From Spirochaetales bacterium (GTDB lineage: Bacteria; Spirochaetota; Spirochaetia; JABEVK01), in the NCBI GenBank assembly GCA_037142615.1, contig JBAXAI010000005.1, forward strand, positions 1 to 64,000: DNA of 64,000 bases. Reading direction: 5' to 3'. This document shows, in pieces, positions 1-8,659 of this stretch (positions are counted from its first letter, which is position 1; the number at the start of each line of letters is the position of its first letter). Both the position numbers and the translations under genes were made by a program. Under the pieces are notes generated by a model. It was not told where the DNA came from. It saw only the letters and a list, made by a program, of their open reading frames with translations, and did not search any database.

Positions 1-761
1 GACAGCGCCTCCAACCAAGCAGCAAGCCCGGCGTGCTTCAGGTGCACCGAGAGTTTGTTCCGGTCACCGGCAAACTCCCACCACCCCAGGCGCTCGCCTT
101 CAACGAAGGTTGGTAGTAGCAAGTTTCGGGGTTTCAGCAAAGCGCGGTACACCGGCGAGCCGTCGAAATCGCCGCTTCCCTGCCCCAAGGCCTGGAGCGC
201 GTAGAGGAACCAGCCGAGGGTGCGCACGTCGATGGCCGGGCTGCGGATCTCTTTTTCGGCGCGACCCTCGAGGTAGCCGTTGTCGCGCAGCGAGGTGAGC
301 AGGTTGCGCCCGTAACGGGCCACGCCGCCACGCGAAATTGTGGTGGGAAGCTGGGTGGCCAATGCGTCGTCAAAGGTAGCTTTGGGCACCTCGAGCCGAC
401 CGTCGCTGAACCGGGCGGCCAGGAAGTCGCTGGCGGCCCAGCGGTAGTACTTGTCGGCCAGCACCATGTGAAAGTGGTTCAACTGGGGGAACTGCGCGCT
501 GTCCATCTTGCCCAGAAACGCGCGGAGCAGGAGCAGGTAGCCGGGAGCACGGTCGAAGCGTCGTGCGAGGTGTCGCGTGGTACGACCGCACACGCCCATC
601 GAGGCGTTGCCGTACCAGCGGTTCTGAAAAGCACGTTCGACGTTCACCTCGGACTTCAGTGCGGGGTCATAAGCCAACAAAAACTCCCTGGCCTCGGGCA
701 GGTTGGCGCCGATCTTGTGCAGGTCCGACGTATGCGCCGTCAGGTAGGCTTCAGTCGGCAT
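1..761 (-). CDS. brxA: BrxA-like (DUF1819-like) BREX protein, 3' end runs off the window
   Basis: Absent from the ORF track because no stop lies in the window. Manual translation from ATG at 761, which overlaps the brxE end: MPTEAYLTAHTSDLHKIGANLPEAREFLLAY...ERAFQNRWYGNAS...LNHFHMVLADKYYRWAASDFL...NLLTSLRDNGYLEG...GWWEF...WLEAL, open for ~253 codons. It resembles the BrxA proteins that follow BrxE in BREX type 6. Confidence 0.7.
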   Translation of the reverse strand, partial: MPTEAYLTAHTSDLHKIGANLPEAREFLLAYDPALKSEVNVERAFQNRWYGNASMGVCGRTTRHLARRFDRAPGYLLLLRAFLGKMDSAQFPQLNHFHMVLADKYYRWAASDFLAARFSDGRLEVPKATFDDALATQLPTTISRGGVARYGRNLLTSLRDNGYLEGRAEKEIRSPAIDVRTLGWFLYALQALGQGSGDFDGSPVYRALLKPRNLLLPTFVEGERLGWWEFAGDRNKLSVHLKHAGLAAWLEAL

Positions 762-1311
762 GAGCGCTCCGGTAGTAGGGCATGGCGTAGCGCCCCTTGT
801 CGGCAAGGGTGAAGGTGGCGGCCAGCGCGTGCATGGCCACCTTCGGCGAGGCTGTGGGCGAGAGGGTAACCAACCGCCCGAAGCTGGTGCCCTGAAACTC
901 GGCCTTGGTGGAACTCTCCAGGCGAGCCAGCAACTCGGGGGCTTTGAAATCCTTGGTCGGATCGAGAACGGCACGGAGGGTTTCGGGCAAGTCGTCGGGG
1001 TAAGTCTTGAAGTGGCGGTAACGCTCGGCAAGGGCCGTCCGAAGGCTGGGTTCGGGCAAAAAGAGGCTGCAAAGGGCCTCGTCGCGTGCCGCCGCCAACA
1101 GGGGTTCTTCTTTGAGGCGTGCCGCCAGCAGGATGCCCTCACCTGCCGCCAAAGGTGCGAACGCCGCCCCGACGAGCCGAGTCAGAAAGTCGTAACCGCC
1201 GTGCTGGTAGGCGATGTCGGTGTTCCACCAGTTCATCAGCTCCTTCTCGCCCAGGCGGGCTACCGTGAGTTGAAGCAGCAGGATCTCGTCGAGGTCAGCG
1301 TGGTCGAACAT
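751..1311 (-). CDS. brxE: BrxE family protein (BREX type 6-like)
   Basis: 186 aa. N-terminal LDEILLLQLTVARLGE..MNWWNTD....GG.DFL.RL and C-terminal Y.MPYYR match the BrxE pattern as I recall it. First gene of an operon continuing leftwards. Confidence 0.75.
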   Translation of the reverse strand: MFDHADLDEILLLQLTVARLGEKELMNWWNTDIAYQHGGYDFLTRLVGAAFAPLAAGEGILLAARLKEEPLLAAARDEALCSLFLPEPSLRTALAERYRHFKTYPDDLPETLRAVLDPTKDFKAPELLARLESSTKAEFQGTSFGRLVTLSPTASPKVAMHALAATFTLADKGRYAMPYYRSAHAD

Positions 1312-1410
1312 GAGACCACTATAGTACAGGAATCAGCGGGAGTGTGCGACTTGTGGCGATAGGTTGGACCTCGCCTTGTTGCCGTTCCGAACCAGTGCTA
1401 CTTTGGAAAG

Positions 1411-3462
1411 GTGAGCGATCCTACGCACGGGGATGCCAAGTATTCCGAAGTCCCACACTGGCCAACCGTTGGGACGCTCCTCAGGATATACTTCGACACC
1501 GCAGGACTCGGCGAAAAGGATCAGGACTTCACGGGGACTTCGCGAAAGTACGTCCGTGGTGTCGCGGACGAGAACGACGAACGAGTCGAGTTCTACCTCG
1601 CCGAGTTCCAATTGATCGCTGATCGACTCGAAAACCTCACGGAGGGCTGCTCACGACATTGGCTGTCGGGGGCTGCCTTCGCGAACGTGGTTTCCTCGTA
1701 TCAGTGGTTCGTCTCCACGATTCCTTGCCCACCGGTCACCCAACAAAGCGCCGTCCGCGAGTTCGTCCGGGTTTTCGCCGCCTTTTCCATGGAGTACTAC
1801 TTCAAATGGCTCCGCGACGACCATGGGCGAACACGGCTGGAGTCGGACGACCTTTGGTTTCTCCCGGGAGCAAAGGACGCGAAGAACTCGCTGCCGAAGC
1901 TTATGGCGAGGGTCTGTCAGCACCTCAGGCTTGAAACCTGCACGGCCCACAGCTTGGCCGCCTGCCTTTTCGCGGGCGACGATTTTGAGAGCGTCAATTC
2001 CCGCGAAAAGGCTGAACGGACCTTTCAAAACTGGTTCAACGGCGCGGTTGTGCCTCACTGGTCCCGTTTCGAAGCATTGATCCTCGCAAACATCAAAAAA
2101 CTTGATGAAGCCGCCGCAAAGGCCGCTACTCAGGATTTGCTCTCCTTCTTTTGGGGGTGCGAATTGGCACTGCTCCTGGAAAAAGAGAACCTGACTGACG
2201 AGTTGCAGGAACTCCATAGCCAAATCTGGGCCATGTCATCCCTGATGCTGGAGCGCCCCCAATACTCGCCCCCCTTGCTGCCGTCGCTTCTGGCAGAGGG
2301 GAGTCCCGAACTGGTTGAATGGGAACGGTCCTTGTTCCACAAGTATACGGACCCAGCGATGGCGCGGATTCTCCAGGGGTTGGAACTGCCAGACGACCTT
2401 GCCGTGCTGGTGGAACTCGCGGACGCTGGCTGGTACCGCTTTGGCAGGGTATGGCACCAAACTGTCACGCGTGCCTTTGACATGGCCCGCGACCTTGACG
2501 ATGCCCGGCAGCGGCCTCTCCACAAACAACTGTTGGTCTTGGGCAACCTCGGCACCAAGTTCAAGAGTTCGGAAAACTGGAGGGAGATCCAGAGAAATCC
2601 CCTTCCGTACATCGTTTCCTCGGACGATGTGACGTGGAGCCGGGATCTCGGCCGTGCTCACAGGAATGAACTTCGGAAAGTAGGGCTTTACCTTCGCACT
2701 CAACTTCAGGTCGCCGTCTCAAGGCGGGACGCCGAGATCGTCGGGCGTCTTCTGGATCACGGTGCGGATCCTGCCGTGAGGGTAATCGACGGGGGCGACA
2801 ACGCGACGGCCCTGTTGATGGCATTTCGAGTCCTCGGACAAGACGCCTTGGCACGAAGGTCCATGGTCAAATTGATTCTCGAGGCGCTGGACAAACGCTC
2901 ACCCGAGGTTGTGCAAGCCTCAGTCAACGCCAGGACGACGACCACGAACAGCTCGGCATTTAGCCAGGCCATCGAAACCGGCGACTCGTGGGGCGTTGTT
3001 GAGCTTCTCAACCGGGGTGCCGACGTCGATTGTCCTGTCGGCGGTGATGAAGACTCTCCGCTCTACCTGGTTATGAACTACTTCCTACTTGCGTTCCGCG
3101 CTGAACACCAACCTGAGTTCTTCACCGACCTCCACCTTGCCAGCCGGGACTCGGTGAATCTGACTCGCCTCAACGCCCCCCTGCCGGGCTCACTCCTGAT
3201 GCGGATTATCGAGGCCGAAATGCCCGGTGGATCGGAACGGGCAAGTCGGCTACTTGCCGAACAGTTGACCAAACAATCGAGCCGCGAAGAACGCCTGGCC
3301 CTTGTCCGAACGTTGCTTTCACGCGGTGCCGACCCCAACCGGCTCCAGCGCCTGCAAAAACGGTATCCCCTCGACTTTGCCCTCGAGATCGACAGGGAAG
3401 CTGGAACGGATCTGTCCAGCTTGATCCGCGATGCTGGGGGCTATCGGGTGAGCCTCCACTAG
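1411..3462 (+). CDS. Large protein with unknown N-terminus, possible central HTH and C-terminal ankyrin repeats
   Basis: 683 aa. Ankyrin-type segments: LQVAVSRRDAEIVGRLLDHGADP, SAFSQAIETGDSWGVVELLNRGADVD, SPLYLV, LVRTLLSRGADPN..YPLDFA. An XRE-like helix ERTFQNWFNGAVVP lies at about aa 210. Confidence 0.75.
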   Translation: MSDPTHGDAKYSEVPHWPTVGTLLRIYFDTAGLGEKDQDFTGTSRKYVRGVADENDERVEFYLAEFQLIADRLENLTEGCSRHWLSGAAFANVVSSYQWFVSTIPCPPVTQQSAVREFVRVFAAFSMEYYFKWLRDDHGRTRLESDDLWFLPGAKDAKNSLPKLMARVCQHLRLETCTAHSLAACLFAGDDFESVNSREKAERTFQNWFNGAVVPHWSRFEALILANIKKLDEAAAKAATQDLLSFFWGCELALLLEKENLTDELQELHSQIWAMSSLMLERPQYSPPLLPSLLAEGSPELVEWERSLFHKYTDPAMARILQGLELPDDLAVLVELADAGWYRFGRVWHQTVTRAFDMARDLDDARQRPLHKQLLVLGNLGTKFKSSENWREIQRNPLPYIVSSDDVTWSRDLGRAHRNELRKVGLYLRTQLQVAVSRRDAEIVGRLLDHGADPAVRVIDGGDNATALLMAFRVLGQDALARRSMVKLILEALDKRSPEVVQASVNARTTTTNSSAFSQAIETGDSWGVVELLNRGADVDCPVGGDEDSPLYLVMNYFLLAFRAEHQPEFFTDLHLASRDSVNLTRLNAPLPGSLLMRIIEAEMPGGSERASRLLAEQLTKQSSREERLALVRTLLSRGADPNRLQRLQKRYPLDFALEIDREAGTDLSSLIRDAGGYRVSLH

Positions 3463-3529
3463 ATGTCCGACTTCTTTCTCCTGACAGCTCCGACTGCCGC
3501 TACTAGATTCAGTCCACAAGGAGATTCCA

Positions 3530-3688
3530 ATGAGCAGATCGGCGAACGATGATCGAAGCGATTCCATGAACCCCAACAACGAGGCGTACTGGGACTCGCT
3601 CGACAACCACTCAGACCAGTTGAACCCGAACAACGACGAGTATCGGGGTGATGACACCGACGCAAGGGAAGAAAGCAACAACAGCTGA
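3530..3688 (+). CDS. 52-aa Asn/Asp-rich microprotein with two NPNN repeats
   Basis: AAGGAG at 3518-3523, ATG 3530, TGA ending 3688. Sequence: MSRSANDDRSDSMNPNNEAYWDSLDNHSDQLNPNNDEYRGDDTDAREESNNS. Below the ORF-track size cutoff and followed by a hairpin. Confidence 0.75.
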   Translation: MSRSANDDRSDSMNPNNEAYWDSLDNHSDQLNPNNDEYRGDDTDAREESNNS

Positions 3689-3701
3689 GGGTCAAAACAC
3701 T

Positions 3702-3736
3702 GGGTGGGGCGAGTTGCATCCCGGGCCGCCCCACCC
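3702..3736. terminator. GC-rich hairpin between convergent genes (probable terminator)
   Basis: GGGTGGGGCG...CGCCCCACCC 10-bp stem between the microprotein stop and the helicase stop; no U-tract. Confidence 0.5.
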
Positions 3737-3737
3737 G

Positions 3738-6700
3738 TCACCCCCGCACTTCCGCCCACAGCACTGCCTTGATGCGCAATTCCAGGGGCTCACGCGACAC
3801 CAACTCCTTGGCGAGCAATTCCCATTCGCGGTCGGTCAGCGTGATGCCTTCCAGGGCCTTCTTGACCTCGGGGCTCCCCCACGACAGGAAGCGTCGTTTG
3901 GTCCACGACGCACGCAGGGCCGCCCAGTGCGGCTCGGAAATCTCCAGCCAGCGACGGGCCAGGTTGGCCTGATGGTAGCGGGCCGCTTCGGTGCTCTGCT
4001 CGGCGAACAGGGTTCCGTTGGTGTCGACCGAGTCGGCCCACGCCCGGAACGCAGTCCGGTAGTCACGAGGGATCTTGTCGGCGCGGTCCCAAGCCCGCAG
4101 GAGCACGGCCAGAAGCCGCAGCGCACGGCGCTTTTTGTGTGGCAGAAGCTGCAGCTCGTGGCTTTCGACCTCGCGGCAAACCTGCAAAATGCGCTGAGCG
4201 CTGGGGAGTTTGGGAGTCGCCTCGTCCTGCGGTGGAAGGAACCGGCGAAGGTGAGCCACGATCTCGCCCAGGTCGATGGTCACCCTGCCCTTGTGCCACA
4301 AAGTCCATCGGGGAGCCTTGATGCCTTCGTTGGTGACTAGCAGCGCCCATGGCTCGGACGAGGCCACGGTGGACCACACGGTGTTGGCCCTGAGGTTGGC
4401 GACTCTGTCGTAGACCTCGCGGGGCACCAGCGCGTCCCGACCCCAGAACAAACCTTTGAGGTCCTGGAATGAGTCGTTGATGGCCAGGGGACTCGAGGTC
4501 TGGTTCGCGTTCCTGGCGTTCTCTTCCCACAGGCGGATGGCCGTCGAACCCGTTACGGCCGGCATCTGCAACCGCTCGGTCAGCGTGGTCGGAATGTCGA
4601 TGTTGGAACCCAGAAGCATGTTCACCGAGTCGGCTGTCTGGAAAAAGCGTTGGTCGGTTTTGAGGGCGAACGACTTGTGATCCTCGGGCCACCAGACCTC
4701 GATGGTGTCGAAGGGCGAGTTCATCCGGTCGATGCGGCCAATGCGCTGCTCTGCCAACCGCATCACACTGGGCATGTCGAGCAGAACCAGACATTGGGCA
4801 CCCTGCAGGTTGACGCCTTCGGCCATCGCGTCCGAACACAGCCCGATCCAGCCCACCTCTTGGCTGTCGAGCCCAAACAGTTCGCGCGCCCGGCGCTGTT
4901 CGTCCTTGCGGCCTCCGGTCACCAGAAGCACCTGCGGGCCGGAACCGGGCTCGTTCAACCGCTTCTGGAAGTACTCCAGACTGATGACCCGGCTGTCGAA
5001 AGCCAAAATACGGTCTTTCTCGCTGGCCAACCGCCGGAGCAACTGGAGCTTGGCGTCGTCGCGAGCGCTGGAAATCTGGAGGCACTTTTCGGCAATGGCG
5101 CGGTAGGTGGCCACCTCGGCGCCGAGTACCCTCGCCCGCTCGTCGGGGTCGGTCATCCAGCTTGGCAAGTCAATGGCGAGCTTGTGGACGGGTAGCGCAA
5201 AGCCGTTCTTGGTCAGGTTGCCGGCGAGGTTTCCCGTGGCTTTGTCGTCCACCTTCAAGCCAAAATGCTGGCAGGCTTTCTGCGTGCCGTGGATGTGCTC
5301 GAGCAGGGCAGCACGGCTGGAACGGAGCATGGCGCGCACGTTCCACGCGGCCAGGGCGGTGGCTCCCTTGATCCGGTTGTCGAGGAATTTGCGCTGTTTG
5401 TCGGGGGTGCTCAGGTCCTCCGGGCTGACTGTCAGCTTCTTCAGGTAGACCAGTCCGCGCAGTTGCCACGACAGGGCTTCGATTTCGGCGGCCAGCGCGA
5501 TGTCCTTTTCCGTCTCGTTCAGCTCGTAGGTCTGGCTGAGGGTTTTGGGGTACCGGCAGTAGACCTTCTGGTCCACTCCCTTGACCGTTTTCGTGCGTGT
5601 GTACCCATCCGGGTTACGCGCGATGAAGGCGTTGAGGTCGCCCTTGGTTCGTCGGATGGTGAAAAGAGACAACTGCTGGCGGATCTCGGTGAGGTCCTGC
5701 TGACTCTGCGGTCGCCGATGCATCCCCCAGTCGTCGAACACCTTCAGGGCAGCGTCAGACAGGTTGTCGGGGTCCATCAGGTTGAGCACGCGAAACAGGT
5801 CTTCCACCTTGCGGTTGATGGGTGTGGCGGTGAACAGCACCGCGTGGTCGGCGCCGTGCCCGAGCAAACTGGTCGAGCGGTTGGACTTTTGATTGAGGTA
5901 GTTGTGAGCCTCATCGAGAAACAATACCCGGCAGCGCTTCAGGTTGTCGGCCATCGAGACGCCTTCGCTGGCCCTGGCGTGGCTCAGCATGCCCTGCGAA
6001 ATCACGTCGGGCTGGTTGGCATCGAGCTCCTCGAACTCCTTTTCCCAGCTAGGTTTGACTTGTGGCGGGGTGATGATAAGCGTACGCATCCGATCGCTTT
6101 GGCCCAAGGCGACGAGGCGCAGCAGCAGCAGCAGGTGGAGCCCGGCCCCCAAGCGAGTCTTGCCCGAGCCGGTGGGGTCGGCGACCAACAGACTGTCGCC
6201 AAAGGTATCGAGCAGGTAAAACGCCTGGCTGAGCGCCTGCTTCTGACTCTCCCACAAAGCCAGGTCCTGAAACCTGCGGGAGAGCTCGGGCACCTGCTTG
6301 AGCCACTCGCCCTCGAGCAACAGGGCGCCGGCGCTGGCGAGAACCTCTTGCCAGGTGGTGGGTCGAAGCAGTTGTAGCAGCAAGTCGCGGATCACGTCGT
6401 TGGCGGGAACACCCAGGTCCCAGTACGCTTCGGCAATCGACTGGATCTCTTTGTACTCGTGGGTGCCGACAAGTCGCCTGGCGTTTGCCTCCTTGAGGAG
6501 CGTCATGCCGCTGTGCGAGAAGTTACTGGACCCCAAGAGCGCCGCGCCGGGACCCACCACGATTTTGGCGTGCAGGCTATCCAGAAGTCGGAACTGGACT
6601 TCTCCCCGGTCGATTTTGCCCACGAGGTCCTGAACCGCACTGCCCGAGAGGATGGAAAACCCCTGTTCCAACCACCACTGTTTCATCTCGTCAGAAAGCC

Positions 6701-6950
6701 TTGCAGGAGCTCCGTTGGCCGACTGACGATGGACCAAGGGCTCCTGGCCGATCAAGATGCGCGGCTGGCGGGCCTTGGTCTGCATCAAGGTCCGGGACAG
6801 AAACTCAAGCGACGAAAACCCGGTGACGACCAGCGTTGGGCCGACGCGCAACTCTGCCTCAACCCACGGGAGGACTTTCCCTTCCGGGGAGTTGACAGGG
6901 TAGCGTTCTGCCAGAGGAAAGGGGCTGTGGTCGAAGGCGAACTCGGGCAT
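3738..6950 (-). CDS. PLD (HKD-type) nuclease domain fused to SF2/SNF2-like helicase
   Basis: LHAKIVVG...GSSNFSHSG..EAN (PLD motif); ADPTGSGKT (Walker A); DEAHN; FTATP; MAEGVNLQ; EQRIGRIDR (motif VI); GGAGG RBS. Confidence 0.85.
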   Translation of the reverse strand: MPEFAFDHSPFPLAERYPVNSPEGKVLPWVEAELRVGPTLVVTGFSSLEFLSRTLMQTKARQPRILIGQEPLVHRQSANGAPARLSDEMKQWWLEQGFSILSGSAVQDLVGKIDRGEVQFRLLDSLHAKIVVGPGAALLGSSNFSHSGMTLLKEANARRLVGTHEYKEIQSIAEAYWDLGVPANDVIRDLLLQLLRPTTWQEVLASAGALLLEGEWLKQVPELSRRFQDLALWESQKQALSQAFYLLDTFGDSLLVADPTGSGKTRLGAGLHLLLLLRLVALGQSDRMRTLIITPPQVKPSWEKEFEELDANQPDVISQGMLSHARASEGVSMADNLKRCRVLFLDEAHNYLNQKSNRSTSLLGHGADHAVLFTATPINRKVEDLFRVLNLMDPDNLSDAALKVFDDWGMHRRPQSQQDLTEIRQQLSLFTIRRTKGDLNAFIARNPDGYTRTKTVKGVDQKVYCRYPKTLSQTYELNETEKDIALAAEIEALSWQLRGLVYLKKLTVSPEDLSTPDKQRKFLDNRIKGATALAAWNVRAMLRSSRAALLEHIHGTQKACQHFGLKVDDKATGNLAGNLTKNGFALPVHKLAIDLPSWMTDPDERARVLGAEVATYRAIAEKCLQISSARDDAKLQLLRRLASEKDRILAFDSRVISLEYFQKRLNEPGSGPQVLLVTGGRKDEQRRARELFGLDSQEVGWIGLCSDAMAEGVNLQGAQCLVLLDMPSVMRLAEQRIGRIDRMNSPFDTIEVWWPEDHKSFALKTDQRFFQTADSVNMLLGSNIDIPTTLTERLQMPAVTGSTAIRLWEENARNANQTSSPLAINDSFQDLKGLFWGRDALVPREVYDRVANLRANTVWSTVASSEPWALLVTNEGIKAPRWTLWHKGRVTIDLGEIVAHLRRFLPPQDEATPKLPSAQRILQVCREVESHELQLLPHKKRRALRLLAVLLRAWDRADKIPRDYRTAFRAWADSVDTNGTLFAEQSTEAARYHQANLARRWLEISEPHWAALRASWTKRRFLSWGSPEVKKALEGITLTDREWELLAKELVSREPLELRIKAVLWAEVRG

Positions 6951-7165
6951 GTTGGCCTCCTCGGCGGGTCAGAAGTCAAGCCTAGCGCTACGGAAACGGC
7001 GCAAAGTCCCGGCTCAACAGCATCAGGGCCGAGAGAACGCGTGGCCACCAATCGCCAAAGTACCAGTTGCTTGCCGCGAGGACAAGGAGAAGGCCGCTGG
7101 GCGGCTCCTGCGTTTGTCTGGAATTTTTCGTCCACCGGTGCGATGCTCTGAAAAAAGGAGTTCCG

Positions 7166-8140
7166 ATGCGCCTATTCGCCTTCACTCTTCTGTTGCTGTT
7201 CCCTGTGGGAGTTGCCTTTGCCCAGTCCCCCCAAGCTGCCTTTAGCTACGACGACCGAGCGGGAACCACCGGCCATACCTTGGTCGTCGAGGGCAAGAGC
7301 TTTGGTCCCTACAAAGATGTGCTGAGCATGACTTACTCGTCGCACGGCAAAACGGCCATCTTCTTGGTCAACAAACGCGACAAAACCTACGTGCTCGCGC
7401 AAGGCAAAGAAACGGGCCCCTTTGCGGCCGGCTTTTCCGAAGAGAGTGTCTGGGTCGCCGACGACAGCAAGTTCTGGGCGGTGAGTTTGGTCGCCTACCC
7501 GGAGCAGACCGAGGGGGAAGACACGACCGGTTCCACGCAAGCTCAACTCCTGGTCAATGGCAAAACCTACGGCCCCTACCTGAGCGTGGCGGCCCTCGAC
7601 TTCGCCGACTCGGGCGGCTCGTGGATTGCCTCGGTGCAGGTGGCCGAAGACCAGTACACGGTGATGCTCAATGGCAAGCCCCAAGGCACCTTTCAGTCGG
7701 TTTCCAACCTCTGGATGAGCCCCGACGGCAAGCTCTGGGGCTTCGCCGGGGACAAAGACGACCAGACGCTGGTGTTCGTCAACCAAGACCAAGTTTTTCC
7801 GTCCGTCCAGGAGTACAACGTGTACGGCCTTGACTTCCGGGCACCCCATTGGGCCTATTCGGTCCGCACGAGCGAGGAAGAGGAGACCGTGGTGGTGGAC
7901 GGCAAGACCCTTCCCAGCTTCCTGCATTTCGAGGGCTTTCTGCTCACCGCTTCGGGGCGCCATTGGGGTTTCGGGGCGCAGAAGCTCACAGAAACCGGCG
8001 ACTACCCGGTGGTTGTGATCGACGGGCAAGAGTTCATTGGTGAGGGTCTTTCCGTGAACCGGGCTGGCAGTCAGGAGTTCTTCACCTGGACGGTACGCGA
8101 CGGCAATAAGACAACCGTGCAGGTGCTCAGCTTCCAATAA
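7166..8140 (+). CDS. Secreted repeat protein, probable beta-propeller
   Basis: AAGGAG RBS before ATG 7166; signal peptide MRLFAFTLLLLFPVGVAFA|Q; about 7 repeats of V-x-(N/D/E)GK-x-x-GP(Y/F). Confidence 0.7.
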   Translation: MRLFAFTLLLLFPVGVAFAQSPQAAFSYDDRAGTTGHTLVVEGKSFGPYKDVLSMTYSSHGKTAIFLVNKRDKTYVLAQGKETGPFAAGFSEESVWVADDSKFWAVSLVAYPEQTEGEDTTGSTQAQLLVNGKTYGPYLSVAALDFADSGGSWIASVQVAEDQYTVMLNGKPQGTFQSVSNLWMSPDGKLWGFAGDKDDQTLVFVNQDQVFPSVQEYNVYGLDFRAPHWAYSVRTSEEEETVVVDGKTLPSFLHFEGFLLTASGRHWGFGAQKLTETGDYPVVVIDGQEFIGEGLSVNRAGSQEFFTWTVRDGNKTTVQVLSFQ

Positions 8141-8191
8141 TGCGCTATGATGCATAATTACCTTGCCAATTCATGCATCATAGCGCATAGT
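8140..8191 (+). promoter_or_regulatory. 16-bp perfect inverted repeat overlapping the promoter of the mobile mystery operon
   Basis: ATGCGCTATGATGCAT (8140-8155) / ATGCATCATAGCGCAT (8173-8188); TTGCCA(8163)-17 nt-CATAGT(8186)-6 nt-ATG. Confidence 0.65.
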
Positions 8192-8197
8192 AACTCT

Positions 8198-8659
8198 ATG
8201 AACCCCCGCTTTGTAAGCCTGCAACGCCAACAACTCGACGCCGTGCTCGACAATTGGAGAGCGGCCCGGCTGCCGACTCCGCCGGGTTCAGGGTGGATCA
8301 AAGCCATCCGCGAAGCCCTGGGGATGCCGGCCTCGTTCCTGGCCCGACGCCTGGGGGTCGTCCCCTCGTCGGTGCTGCGCATGGAAGACTCGGAAGCCGA
8401 CGACTCGATCACGCTGGCAACCCTCAAGCGGGCGGCGCACGCGCTGGGCTGCGATGTGCAGTACGCGCTGGTGCCCCGCATGGCTTTGCGCGAGATCGTC
8501 GAGCACCGGGCTCATTCCGTCGCCCAAGCGCAGGTGGCCGACGTGGCGCACACGATGGCACTCGAAGCCCAAAACACCTCCGCCAAGGCGCGGAACGTGC
8601 TGGTCCAGGAGTTGGAGGCCGAGCTGACGCGTGGGGCCAAACGGGGGTTGTGGAAATGA
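8198..8659 (+). CDS. Mobile mystery protein A (XRE-type HTH)
   Basis: PPGSGWIKAIREALGM..LARRLGV....V.RME.SEA...ITLATLKRAAHALGC..YALVP, TMALEAQ and C-terminal LWK are characteristic; ATG 8198 preferred as start. Confidence 0.9.
   Translation: MNPRFVSLQRQQLDAVLDNWRAARLPTPPGSGWIKAIREALGMPASFLARRLGVVPSSVLRMEDSEADDSITLATLKRAAHALGCDVQYALVPRMALREIVEHRAHSVAQAQVADVAHTMALEAQNTSAKARNVLVQELEAELTRGAKRGLWK

Noticed and set aside
3319-3759. Minus-strand ORFs of 146 and 91 aa between the ankyrin and helicase genes
   Set aside because: No RBS or recognisable motif; they are antisense to the better-supported 52-aa plus-strand ORF.
3738-6950. DISARM system
   Set aside because: PLD and helicase domains are present, but no drmA/drmB or methyltransferase is adjacent.
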